Below are positions 1 through 17,222 of a DNA stretch of 64,000 nt, in pieces. This stretch comes from the human T2T-CHM13v2.0 reference genome, Homo sapiens: NCBI RefSeq assembly GCF_009914755.1, contig NC_060933.1, one strand, 5' to 3'. The notes below the pieces were generated by a model. It worked only from the letters and a program-made list of their open reading frames with translations. It did no database searches and was not told the DNA's origin. The position numbers and the translations under genes were made by a program. Numbering within the stretch: position 1 is the stretch's first letter; each line of letters starts with the position of its first letter.

Positions 1-639
1 TTGGCAAAGATAAATTATACCTTTTGTGACCCACCCACTTGGAGCAGGGTCCAAGGAATAAAAATTTTGACTGGCACTTGTCATTTATATAGACCTTTAT
101 GCATTGGTAGCACAAGTCTCTGTTTATTGAGGGATGCCAGAAGATCACCACCATCCAGGAACCAGTCCTCTAGATTGTCTGTTGTGGTATCCAAAACTCC
201 CACTTGAGACACCACATTGGAGAGAGGCATGGTTCAGAAAGACCACCGTTAAAGTAGAAATTTGTCACGCTGGAGGAGCATCAAATTCCCATTTATAATC
301 AATGACACATTAGTCCGTTTGGGTCTGTCATAAGCTAATAGAGATCTGGACCTTGGGAGGATAAGCCAGCGACATTCAAATAAGGTGAGTTAGAGTTCAG
401 CATCATGAGATTCTGCTTCTAAGGAAGGGATGCTAGAGCAGAGAGATAGCCAAAAGATAACATTTAAACTTTGGAGAATTAGAGGAAACAGCATTGAAAG
501 GCAAAGGGGATTGCTGGGTTTAGTAAAAAAATAAAAAAATAAAAAAAAAGCACTTCCTTCACGCTTTCCCTCTTTTGTTTTTTATGACTCTAGGATCCAC
601 CCAGTTGCTCAAGTAAAAAACCTGAGAGACACCTTACGC

Positions 640-783
640 CATCTGGGAACTTGTTAGAAATTCTTAAACCTCATTCTATACCTGCTAAATCAGAAAATGT
701 AGGGATTAAGTCTGATTATTTGTGTTTTCGCAAGTCATCCAGGTGATTCTGATGCATGGAAAGTTTGAGAACCACTGGTTTAG
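640..783. mobile_element. MER5A-like hAT-Charlie DNA transposon remnant
   Basis: Matches recalled MER5A text (ctgggaacttgttagaaa...caggtgattctgatgca...tttgagaaccactg); boundaries approximate. Confidence 0.65.
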
Positions 784-899
784 GTTATTAAAAGTTCTTG
801 TCTCCCTATATCTTGTTTTGCAATATCATTGCATTCACCCCAGCCCCACAAAGCTACCATCTATTGACCGTTTTGTAGCTATTGAGCTTTTTGAAGCAA

Positions 900-1430
900 A
901 AATATGAGCAAGTCAATTCTCTGCTTAAAACCTTTCAATAGATTTCTAGTGTCCTTAACATAGCCTACAGAGCCCTTCACAATCTGAGGTCCTCACATGT
1001 CTCCAGCCTCATCCCGAGCCACTCCCTTGTGAGGCCCTCTCCCATCATGCTAAACGGCTTCACATGGCCTCCAAAGGAAAGTGTGACACCTTGCCTCAGT
1101 ACCTGCACATGTGCTGCTCCTTCAGCCTAGAATATTCTATTGCTACCCCTTCACTTTACAAGCTGGCCAAACCCTACTCATCTTCAGAATGCTGTTTAGA
1201 CATTACCTGTTTACCAATCCCATCAACTAGTTGCCTCGTCTTCTAGGCCTCCACTGAGCCTTGCACCTACATCTGTTATAGGCACTTCTCATATTACTAT
1301 AATTACTTAAATCTGTTACTCCTATTAATTTATGATCGCTTGGAGAACAGAAGTTGTATCTTTTTCATTCCATGTCAACAGCATACTTCAAAGTACCTGG
1401 TACATAGGTTGCCAAAAAATGATTTTTGAG
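900..1430. mobile_element. L2 LINE 3' fragment (degenerate)
   Basis: L2-like wording (cttaaaacctttcaata..., ...acctggtacatagg...); boundaries approximate. Confidence 0.5.
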
Positions 1431-1433
1431 AGT

Positions 1434-1790
1434 TGATATGGTTTGGCTTTGTGTCTCTACCCAAATCTCATCTTGAATTGTACTCCCATAATTCCCACAT
1501 GTTGTGAGAGGGACCTGGTAGGAGATAACTTGAATCCTGGGGGTGGTTCCCCCATACTGTTCTCATGGTAGTGAATAAGTCTCAAAATATCTGATGGTTT
1601 TATCAGGGGTTTCTGCTTTTGCGTCTTCCTCATTTTCTCTCTTTGCCCACTGCCATCTATGTATGATATGACTTGCTCCTCCTTGCCTTCTGCCATGATT
1701 GTGAGGCTTCCCCAGCCACATGGAACTGTGAGTTCTTCATTAAACCTCTTTGCTTTGTAAATCGCCCAACCTCAGGTATGTCTTTATTAG
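1434..1790 (+). mobile_element. THE1-family (ERVL-MaLR) solo LTR, 3' end slightly truncated
   Basis: Begins tgatatggtttggct...cccaaatctcatcttgaattgta; contains gccatgattgtgaggc..ccccagcc and ggtatgtctttattag. Confidence 0.85.
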
Positions 1791-2739
1791 GGTGAATGAA
1801 AAGCAAAGATAAACTTTGTTAAATCATGGATTTGCCTAAAACTAGTTTCATAAAAGCTGATTCTTAAGTATTCATTTGCCTTCTGTTTAATTAACTTTAT
1901 TACCACTTTCAGCTTAGTCCTAGGAAATTAAAGTGCATAAATGAGGTAATTTCTAAGAGAAAGCCAGAGAAGTCTGTTCTGACTTTTCCTGTAGGAGGGG
2001 TGAAGGAATGCATCTATTAATCTTGAGAAGGGTAACTTACTCTGAGTATATGTGAATTTTTTTCACAAGAAAGGGTACTACTTACAATAAAGACTCTTTA
2101 AATGGAAATGTTTTCTTTGGAAAAAATTAGAGTAAAATAAGGGAGTAATCAAAATATATTAGAAAAACTTATTTTGAAGAGCTTAACCGTCTTTTTTCTA
2201 GCCCCAAAGCTACCAAAATACATACTACGCAATTGACATTGGAAAATGACAACTGTTTCCACTAGCCATTCTAATGAACCTGAAATGGCATGAATTTTCT
2301 CTTGCAGTTTATGTAATTATTCCACAATCTACTACAAATAGTATTTTCCAAGAAATATCATCAGCTCCACATTGCAAAAAAGGCCAGTGAATTCATTTTT
2401 AAGAAAATAAGGCTTTATGCTGTAAAAGATGAAAAAACGTGAGATTCTAATACAATTCTGGTTAAATTGATATTTAACCCTTTCTGCATTGCAATTTGAC
2501 AGTGTATTTCAATAACCTTACAAATAATGGTCTTTTTTTAACCCCAAATTCCACTGCAAATAATCCATTCTAATGAAACAATCAGAAATGTAGATTAATT
2601 TTTGTGGACTAAAATTATTTTTTAAGTTAGATATCTCTAATTTTTTTAAAAAAATGAGGCCATTATAAGTTGCAACCTCAGAAAATGGTATTAAGAATTT
2701 TTCATGGAGAATATTCATGATATGTGAAAAGTTAAAACA

Positions 2740-3216
2740 CTATGAATCCGATCCTTTCCTGATCCGGGAGCCAAGATGGCCGAATAGGAACAGCTCCAGT
2801 CTACAGCTCTCAGCGTGAGTGACGCAGAAGATGGGTGATTTCTGCATTTCCATCTGAGGTACCTGGTTCATCTCACTAGGGAGTGCCAGACAGTGGGCGC
2901 AGGACAGTGGGTGCAGCGCACCAAGCGCGAGCCAAAGTAGGGCGAGGCATTGCTTCACTCGGGAAGTGCAAGGGGTCAGGGAGTTCCCTTTCCTAGTCAA
3001 AGAAAGGGGTGAAAGACGGCACCTGGAAAATCGGGTCACTCCCACCCTAATACTGCGCTTTTCCGACAACAGGCTTAAAAAACAGCGCACCAGGAGATTA
3101 TATCCCTCACATGGCTCGGAGGGTCCTACGCCCATGGAGTCTCCCTGATTGCTAGCACAGCAGTCTGAGATCAAACTGCAAGGTGGCAGCAAGGCTGGGG
3201 GAGGGGCGCCCGCCAT
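2740..3216 (-). CDS. L1 antisense ORF0-like reading frame, 158 codons (extended)
   Basis: MAGAPPPALLPPCSLISDCCASNQ...RVGVTRFSRC matches primate L1 ORF0. The frame stays open past the L1 5' end to TAG within the TSD. Expression is unknown. Confidence 0.5.
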   Translation of the reverse strand: MAGAPPPALLPPCSLISDCCASNQGDSMGVGPSEPCEGYNLLVRCFLSLLSEKRSIRVGVTRFSRCRLSPLSLTRKGNSLTPCTSRVKQCLALLWLALGALHPLSCAHCLALPSEMNQVPQMEMQKSPIFCVTHAESCRLELFLFGHLGSRIRKGSDS

Positions 3217-3799
3217 TGCCCAGGCTTGCTTAGGTAAACAAAGCAGCCGGGAAGCTCGAACTGGGTGGAGCCCACCACAGCTCACAGAGGCCTGCCTGCC
3301 TCTGTAGGCTCCACCTCTGGGGGCAGGGCACAGACAAACAAAAAGACAGCGGTAACCTCTGCAGACTTAAATGTCCCTGTCTGACAGCTTTGAAAAGAGC
3401 AGTGGTTCTCCCAGCACGCAGCTGGAGATCTGAGAATGGGCAGACTGCCTCCTCAAGTGGGTCCCTGACCCCTGACCCCCGAGCAGCCTAACTGGGAGGC
3501 ACCCGCCAGTAGGGGCAGACTGACACCTCACACGGCCGGGTACTCCTCTGAGACAAAACTTCCAGAGGAATGATCAGACAGCAGCATTCGCAGTTTACGA
3601 AAATCCGCTGTTCTGCAGCCACTGCTGCTGGTACCCAGGCAAACAGGGTCTGGAGTGGACCTCTAGCAAACTCCAACAGACCCGCAGCTGAGGGTCCTGT
3701 CTGTTAGAAGGAAAACTAACAAACAGAAAGGACATCCACACCAAAAACCCATCTGTACATCACCATCATCAAAGACCAAAGGTAGATAAAACGACAAAG

Positions 3800-4829
3800 A
3801 TGGGGAAAAAACAGAACAGAAAAACTGGAAATTCTAAAAAGCAGAGCACCTCTCCTCCTCCAAAGGAACACAGCTCCTCACCAGCAACAGAACAAAGCTG
3901 GATGGAGAATGACTTTGACGAGTTGAGAGAAGAAGGCTTCAGACGATCAAACTACTCTGAGCTACAGGAGGAAATTCAAATCAAAGGCAAAGAAGTTGAA
4001 AACTTTGAAAAAAATGTAGACGAATATATAACTAGAATAACCAATACAGAGAAGTGCTTAAAGGAGCTGATGGAGCTGCAAGCCAAGGCTCGAGAACTAC
4101 GTGAAGAATGCAGAAGCCTCAGGAGCCGACGCAATCAACTGGAAGAAAGGGTATCAGCAATGGAAAATGAAATGAATGAAATGAAGTGAGAAGGAAAATT
4201 TAGAGAAAAAAGAATAAAAAGAAATGAACAAAGCCTCCAAGAAATATGGGACTATGTGAAAAGACCAAATCTACCTCTGATTGGTGTACCTGAAAGTGAT
4301 GGGGAGAATGGAACCAAGTTGGAAAACACTCTGCAGGATATTATCCAGGAGAACTTCCCCAATCTAGCAAGGCAGGCCAACATTCAAATTCAGGAAATAC
4401 AGAGAATGCCACAAACATACTCCTCGAGAAGAGCAACTCCAAGACACATAATTGTCAGATTCACCAAAGTTGAAATGAAGAAAAAAATGTTAAGGGCAGC
4501 CAGAGAGAATGGTCGGGTAACCCACAAAGGGAAGCCCATCAGACTAACAGCGGATCTCTTGGCAGAAACTCTGCAAGCCAGAAGAGAGTTGGGCGGGGCG
4601 GGGGGGGCCAATATTCAACATTCTTAAAGAAAAGAATTTTCAACCCAGAATTTCATATCCAGCCAAACTAAGCTTCATAAGTGAAGGAGAAATAAAATCC
4701 TTTACAGACAAGCAAATGCTGAGAGATTTTGTCACCACCAGGCCTGCTCTAAAAGAGCTCCTGTAGGAAGCACTAAACATGGAAAGGAACAACCAGTACC
4801 AGCCACTGCAAAATCATGCCAAATTGTAA
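3800..4829 (+). pseudogene. L1 ORF1p (disrupted)
   Basis: Starts MGKKQNRKTGNSK; premature TGA at 4187-4189 (CGA->TGA), G-rich frameshifting insertion at 4590-4607, further TAG near 4764; natural stop TAA 4827-4829. Confidence 0.92.
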
Positions 4830-4892
4830 AGACCATCGAGGCTAGGAAGAAACTGCATCAACTAACGAGCAAAATAACCAGCTAACATCATA

Positions 4893-8707
<3,815 letters not shown>

Positions 8708-11700
8708 ACAATGAGAACACATGGACACAGGAAGGGGAACATCACACTCTGGGGACTGTTGTGGGGTGGGTGGAGCGGGGAGGGATAGCATTAGGAGATA
8801 TACCTAATGCTAAATGACGAGTTAATGGGTGCGGCACACCAGCATGTCACATGTATACATATGTAACTAACCTGCACATTGTGCACATGTACCCTAAAAC
8901 TTAAAGTATAATAATAATAAAATAAAATTTAAAAAAACACTATGAATCCATAATTGTTTTTAAATAAAAAGAATGCAACATTATATAAGTGTATATGTGT
9001 ATTTGTGTGTTATCCATAGCAAAGAGACTGAAGGGAAACACACTAAAAATTAGCTGTTGTCACTTCTGAATTGTAGGATAATGGGCAAATTGGGCAAATA
9101 ATTTTTGGCTTTCTAATGTTCCATAATTTTAATTTTTTATCATGAATATGTTTACTTTTAGAAATCAGAAAAAGAACTAAAGATAATTTTTTTAAAGAGT
9201 GAGGGCAGAATAAAGGCTATCCAGAACGATGGCCAAGTTCTCTAACAGTCTTCAGTGTGGATAGAAGAGCAAAAACTTCAACTTGCTTCTCTAATTCTTT
9301 TGTCTCCTCTCGTCTGTGTGGCATGGATTTGAAGGATAGGCTTCTGCTTCACCCCACAGATCCAAATTAAGTTTTAAATGAGACAATGACAAGAATAGTG
9401 ACATCAAAGAGAAAACATTCAAATTCAACCATCTCCTCCTTTAGCAAATGCTAATGGTGTTGACTTTGACGGAGAGTATTAAATTCCTTTGATTCACAAA
9501 TCCAACAATACATTTTTCCCCCCAACCTTCTCATTATAAGAAAGCTGCCTGTCCTCCCAGGCTTTAAGCATAAAACATCATAGCTAAACTTCTCTATCCA
9601 CTTCTAAACCATTGTATAGTTTCTCAAGTTATATTTATATAATGTGCAAAGGGAGGAAAGGAACTGGCTAAACTAACAAATTTTACCTGTACTTTATAAA
9701 AACAAATGTAATCAAATTAGTAACATGTATTAAGACTCCTCTCTCTCATTTTTTCCCTCTTCATTTCTTTTACTTTATACCATTTCCTTTGCTACTACAT
9801 TACATTGTGTAGTAACAGCAACACAGATTTATGTTCTCAAGAGAGTTAAACACCCACCTTTCTTTTTCAGTGGCAATGACTAAGTAAGGAAGTTACATTT
9901 TCCAAAAAAAATGTGAAGTTCAGTTCAGTTCTGCTCACAAATATACTTGAGTAAATATTTTTGTAAATATAAATTATTAAATAGTAACTTTTTAATACTG
10001 AAAAGTAATGAATAGACAGCATTAGAATTTGATGAGGGTTTTTGGTTTGTTTACCATATAGAAGGAAAACCAAATTAACTTTCCCTTCCTGAATAGTTGC
10101 TTTGAGTTAATTAAAAAACTGATCCAAATATGCAAACATTAGACTATTAGCACTAAAATAGCTTGTCATCCAGAGCTCTTCATTATAGTCTTTTCATTTG
10201 GGGTCACACAGTTGATCCATTATTACTTCTAATAAAAATTTAATTAAATACCAGCCAAGTCTTCTGCCATTTAGGTCCGGTCCGAGGATTAGGTAGCACT
10301 GGACAGACTAAAAAGTGCCATGGTAAACAGCGAATTCATGTAACGCTAATTAATTTCCATAAATCAAGTGTGGTCTAAGTGAAGCATGAATATTTTAAAT
10401 GCAGTTTCAAAGGTCATGGCGTTTTATGGTTTTAAGAATTGATACCCTGGGACGAGCTTAATGTCAGCCTTTTTGAGAACTAGAAAATCCTCGATTTTGA
10501 AAGTCATTTAAATGTACTTTATCAGAAAAAGACTTTATTTGATTCAATTAGTCTATTTCTGTTTGCATTCAGTATTTATAGTTAAAATACAGCTGGGGGG
10601 CCGGTCATGTTCATTCAACCTTCAATGAAATAGTCATTGAGCACCTACTAGATGCTAGGTACAGATTAAGGTGTTTAGAATCTATGAGTGAACCAAATAG
10701 AAATGTGCCCTCATTCAGTTTATAGTCTGATAGAAAAAGCCAGACACTAAACAAAATAAATTATAATGTTAGAAGATAAGTAGTACAGAGAAAAATAGGG
10801 AAAGGAAATAGGGAGTTTGTGGCAGCAGATATGTAATTTTAAATGGAGAGGAGAAGCTGTATACCATGAGAATTGTTGAGTTGGCAGTGAATTCATAGCA
10901 GGACAGAGCAATCAAGACAGGGATGATCCCAGGGAAACAGATGCCCAGGGAACCAGGCCAGCTCCATGTGCTGACCGAGAAGTTCAATCTACCCAGGTAG
11001 TCTAAAGATAAGTGACAGTGCCCAGGCACCCAACTTTCTTTCTGAGCCATGAGTCTAGATCATAAAAGAAAAATGTCAAGAGCAAGGCAGGACATGGGCC
11101 TATAAGCAGATGGAGATAATTTCTAGAATTCAGCAACAGGAACCGTAGTTGAAGCTCAGGTACACAGGTTAAGAGGAAAGAGCCAGGAAGAATCTTCAGG
11201 GAACAAAATGGAACCCCTGTTTCTGGACCACTTAAGCAGCCAAGGCACTAGATTAGAGACTAAGATGTTTGCTGCTTCCTACTAGGGATCAGGATTGGGC
11301 TTGTGGCTGGGATTCAAGGATGCAGGGGAGGAAGGATGCTGAAGCTGGTACCATGACTGGCCTAGAAGGCGTAGCCAGGGAGCAACCTTTGCTTGGGTCT
11401 CAAGAAATTGTGATGAGGTTACTTTTGGTTCCTCTGCTCAGTGCAGGGACTGAATCTATTCCCCTTTGATTGTCATCCTTGGTGAGCCAGAATATTACAG
11501 ATCTGACCAAGACTCCTACCCTAGAACTCCCTAGATTACCCTAATTATCAAGAGGAAAGTTATTGAGTCATATGAGACTAGTGATTCTTTTCTGTGGGTC
11601 CTCCTTAGCTCTAGTGTTGAGAGGCTGGACTCCAATAAAGGACTGAGCAGAAGACTGCTTTCTGTAGCACTTTGCAGGTTAGACAATGCAAATTCATGAC

Positions 11701-11727
11701 ACTACAGTGAACTTAATTGCTGTAAAA

Positions 11728-11958
11728 CAGTGTTTCTTACCCTCAGCACTCTCGACATTCTCTGCCAGATAATTCTTTTTTTGTGTAGAAGTAGAATACT
11801 GACTTGTGTGCATTGTATTAATACAATGTTTAGTAGTACCCCTGGCCTCTATCCAACAAATGCCAATAGCACTCACTCCTCTAGTAGTGACAATCAAAAA
11901 TGTCTCCAAACATTACAAAAGTTCCCTGGGGCAGGGTCACCCTCAGCTGACAACTACT
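11728..11958. mobile_element. MER20 hAT-Charlie DNA transposon
   Basis: Recalled MER20 text: cagtgtttctt..cagcact..gacatt...cctggcctcta.cca..aatgcca.tagca...gtgacaatcaaaaatgtctcca.acatt. Confidence 0.8.
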
Positions 11959-12140
11959 TTTGTAAAGGTTTTTTTAAGTATATTTCAAAGACTTTTAAGA
12001 AGTTATACAATATCTTGCATAACAAAAATATTCATATAACAAAACTAGGCACTAACTGATGACTCAACAGTTAGTAAAGTGTAGTTTCAAAGCTTTCTAT
12101 AATAATTTTTAAAAAGTAGTGTGTGTTTTGGAAGCAACTT

Positions 12141-12422
12141 ACTTATTTTTATTTTCTGAGACAGGGTCTTACTCTGTCACCCAGGCTGGAGTGCAGTAAC
12201 ATGACCACAGCTCACTGCAGCCTTGACCTCCCAGGCTCAAGCAATCCTCCCACCTCAGTCTCCTGAGTAGCCGGGAGCACAGGCACACACCACCACACCC
12301 AGCTAATTTTAAATTATTATTATTTGCAGAGACAGGGTCTCCCTATGTTGCCGAGGTTGGTCTCGAACTTAAGGGATCCTCCAGCCTCAGCCTTCCAGAG
12401 TGTTGATATTATAGGTGTGAGC
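12141..12422 (-). mobile_element. AluJ
   Basis: Antisense Alu (gagacagggtcttactctgtcacccaggctggagtgcag...) with J-type divergence. Confidence 0.85.
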
Positions 12423-13999
12423 AGAAACTATTTAAGTTATTACATTAGAACATAATGAAATTGTTTAGGAAATGCATCAAGCAGAGGGCAACAGTGCCAG
12501 ATCTCAGTATCTGTAAATCACCAACAGGGCTGGGAGCTGCCCATGGGGGCTTGATGCTGATCTTGTGGTAGGAATGGGAGTAGATTCAGATCATCAGCTT
12601 CAGCTTTAGAAACTTACAAACATGGAATCACAAAAGCCGAATTTGAAGCCTTCTAAAAATCCAGGCCTCAATATTCCTATATTTCGATATCTCTTGGTAG
12701 CTACATTTTTTTCTCCACATTTAGTTTGTATCCAGGGCATATTTTCTAGACTTACTTGCATCCACAGGTTCCATTCCACTTTAAAGTTACCATAGCCTCT
12801 GGCAAACTTTTATGTTTTCCTCTGTATTAAGCAGCATTTGGCATTATACCGCCTAGAGGGACCGAGAAGATATTTAGAGGCTAGGTGGCAAGAGAGAAGG
12901 CTCATATTTGTGAGATAAAGCACTGGGGAATTGTCCTGTCAAAGGAGTAAAGAGGACATTCTTGAGATAAAATCCTGTTAAGAAGCAGAGTAATTTTATG
13001 CTTTGAGGAAGTAAAAATGTATTTGTTTGTTCTTTTGTTTATAAAAATATTTGGTGGGCTTTCTAGTTGATTACTCATCATCTTTATTAAGTAATTATCC
13101 TTCATCTTCACTTATCATGAGTAATTACAATGACAAATACAGGGTATTTTTTTCTAAACCACCAGCTTATCGCATTGTAAAAGGTGCTTTATTAATACAA
13201 AGGATGAATAACTGAGTCAAATATTTGTTTCAGGTTGTTACAATTGTAGGTTTCTTATATCTTTCCTGCATTTAAAAAATAATTTTATAATCAATTTATA
13301 ACCACTTCCCTTAGTTACATCTACTTCTCTCAGTTATAAGAGCAATATCAATAAAGGGCTCACAATTGACAAAGTGTTTTTACAACTGTTTTTTATGATT
13401 TGAATAATCACCCTGTGATACAAGGCATACTTATAATTCATTTTAACAGATAAAGTGACTAGGTTCAGATTAATTGACTTTAATAAAATCTTTTCTTATG
13501 ATTTCAACCATCTGATCAAGACAAGCAGGCTATTGTCAGCCTTTGGTGTTTGTGCAGTATCGATAGGAGAAAGACTACAGCATTGCTCTGTAAACACCTA
13601 AAATTTACTATCCAAGGAACTGATGTATTCAATTTTGCCAGAAACTTATTTTTGAAGCACAATATATAGGGCATATGGATCAATTGCACCGAATGTGTTT
13701 GTCATACTAGAAAAAAGTCAGATTCATTGCTAAAGTGATGAGAAAAGTGCCTTATTCAAATGATGACATATCATAGATATTCAATCATCTTCTTTTTGGA
13801 AAATTGACTACAAAATTGAAGAATTCGTATTCTGTTGTGGCAAGTGAAATACATTTCATGAGGGACATGTTATAAAGTCCTTGCCTCTTCTCAGTGCTGT
13901 GTGCATGTGTGTGTGCTCCCAAGCATAAGCTAAGATATCTTTATGGTCTGATGCTTATCCATATGTATGTTAATAATAAATAAGCTTAGACAATTATGA

Positions 14000-14240
14000 T
14001 TAAGAATATAGCCTCTGGAGCCTTACTATTCTGTTTGTAACCCAAGCTCCTCTACTCACTAGCTGTATGACCTTGGTCAAGTTAATTGACTTCTCTGGAT
14101 CTCAATTTCCTCACCTGTAAAATGTAGGGATAATAGTGTCTACCTCAAAGTCATGGTGAGCATTAGGTGAACTAATATTGCAAAGCACTTAGAACAATAC
14201 TTTGTATGTACTAAGCACAGCATATTAGCTATTGTTATTA
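14000..14240 (+). mobile_element. MIR SINE
   Basis: MIR core tagctgtatgaccttggtcaagttaattgacttctctg..tctcaatttcctcacctgtaaaatg. Confidence 0.75.
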
Positions 14241-14934
14241 TTACCTGGTATCCATGGCAGTCATAGTTAAACATCTCATCAGGTCAGTACACCTTTATAA
14301 GGAAATGGGATGAACATGGTAACCTCAGATAAATTATCTTCATAGGAAACTTCCAGTTTGAATAAAGCATGTTAATGAGAAAGCATTTTACCACTTTTCC
14401 TAAAGAAACTGTGGTTTCCTGAAGGAATGGTCTTCAATAGTTGAATTGAGGTACCTTGGCAAAAATGGAATTAGATAGAGATTTTCTACTGGGGATCCTG
14501 ATGTGGAAAAGAAAAAGCAAAAGTAAACTGTATGTGTTTCTTTAATCTTGTGTTCCATTTCCAATGGAAGTTGGTGGTTGAATCAGAATGTGGTTGGGGA
14601 AACAGTGTTAAGAATTCCTTAGGTATTCCTCTTACAGTGTTGAAATGGCACTGGTAAACCCCTGCCATTTGCTTGTACTTTTCTGTGTGGGATAAGATTT
14701 TTTTATCATTTTTTCTACCAAAACAGAGGCCAGAAGCTAATGGGAGGGCACGTTTTCTCATTTTGTGGACATCACGGTAGAAAAGCTACCACAAAGAGAT
14801 GCACAAAGCTGGTTAGATTTTGAAAACGAGAAAATGTTCAAGTATCCTCAATATCATACAACATGCTACTACTTTCACTATCTTTCACGACATCGTTTTA
14901 CCATAGAGAAACAAAAGAACAGTCCTCTTTTTAA

Positions 14935-15246
<312 letters not shown>

Positions 15247-15249
15247 CAG

Positions 15250-15565
<316 letters not shown>

Positions 15566-17170
15566 AACAATTTTTGATAAGAGATTGAGAACGAATGTTA
15601 AGGAAAGTAGGGAGGGGTGGTAAAAGCTGCGGTTCAGACTAAGCAACTGCCCACAGAGTAGCTTTTCAACATAGATGCAGAGTACTGTTGGCAATTTAAT
15701 CCAGATAAATTGTTTTTATGTCTTTTTCACTATTCTTTTCTTTTTTAAAGTTCCATGTGTTAGTTTCCCCACATGAAAATGTATAGAAGTTTTTATGTGC
15801 CCACGTGTTAATACTGAAACTGACAACCATTGTAATTTCTCAGAATCAGAAATAGGGACATTTCTAAGATATGCATGTTTCAATAAAACTACCCATCAAT
15901 ACTTCCCAAGTTCATCATGACTTGAGTTTCTTGTGCTTCACAAACATCTCCAATAAAAAGTATTTGTTGTGTATGACATAGATCTCCATACTCTAAGGTT
16001 TTTTTTATTCTCACTGCATTAGAATAGAGAGTGCTTTGATTTGTGAATTATGATTTACAGTTTTCCAATTCATGAGACACTTATAAAGTCCCAGTTTTTA
16101 ATGATCACTTATTTTCTAGTTGCCTAGCACTATGCCCGACTTTGTGAATTTTATAAAAAGGAGATATGATCCCTGCAACATACATGCTAAATGGCTTTTT
16201 GTCAACTATGTTCTCTGAAATCAGGGATGCAAAGCACCAACATGAATTAGAAAATATGGACAAGTTTCTATGCTCTTTTATCCTCTTCTGTTAATCTCTA
16301 AAGTTTCTTCAGCAATTCATTCATTGATCCCACAATTATCTGTTAAATGTTTACTATGTGCCAAGTTTGATGCTAGGTGCTGGGAATACAATGATGAGCA
16401 AAAACAAATGTGTTCCTTGCTGTAATAAAGCTTCCATATTCAACAATTCTAATGTGACAGATGGAAATTATTGAATAATCTATGCAAGTGTAAAGTTCCT
16501 ACTGAAACAAGAAATATGAGAATAATGGTACCATACTAGTCTAAAATAGGAGATTTTTCCAACATCCGATGTGATCTGTGATTATTTCTCCCTATTTACT
16601 CTTAAATGGGGCAAGACCTATGCATGCTCTATTCATCAGCAGAAGTGTGACTTGCTCTTGGCCAACTTTTCAGAGCTACAGCTTGAAAGCAGACGTACAC
16701 AGCCCCAAGTCCAGTCCCTAGTTAGCAGGCTTCCTACTAGAGCTCCTCAGCTCCAAGGAACTAGCATCTGCTGTCCTCACTGTGTGGCTCATTGGTACTC
16801 TATAGAGCGTGCACAAAGCTGCTATAGCCAGCAGCAGCCACGCTCTCCAGAACACGTGGATCTAGTCCTCTTGGAATGCGAAATGCCCATGCCTGTGCCC
16901 CTGCCACCTCCTGTTGAGTTCTTGTCCAGGAGTCTCTCTGTAAATACATTTAGGAAAAAAAAAGGTAAGAGAGGAGAGTCTTCAGCCAATTCAGAGCGAA
17001 CTCATCCAGTGGGGAGACAGAAGCCTTGTTTTCTGGGGAGTCTAAATCCTGGATCTCAGAGTCAGGGGCCTGATAGTATGAAAGAAAGAAAGCCTTTCCC
17101 TAGATTTTCTCCTGCCGTCTCTGTAGTCTCTGTCTTCTGAGGAGAAGCTTGAGTTTTCCATGAGGTAAAA

Positions 17171-17222
17171 GTGTGTGTGTGTGTGCGTGCATGTGTGCAT
17201 GCGCAAGTGTGTGTATGTGTGT
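17171..17222. repeat. Imperfect (TG)n / alternating purine-pyrimidine microsatellite
   Basis: gtgtgtgtgtgtgtgcgtgcatgtgtgcatgcgcaagtgtgtgtatgtgtgt. Confidence 0.85.

Noticed and set aside
10830-11690. Possible ancient LTR-like stretch (also 57930-58490 and 61000-61700)
   Set aside because: I could not assign a family or boundaries by eye; needs RepeatMasker/Dfam.
16571-17140. 189-aa plus-strand ORF
   Set aside because: Non-ATG start, no recognisable homology; consistent with chance in intronic DNA.
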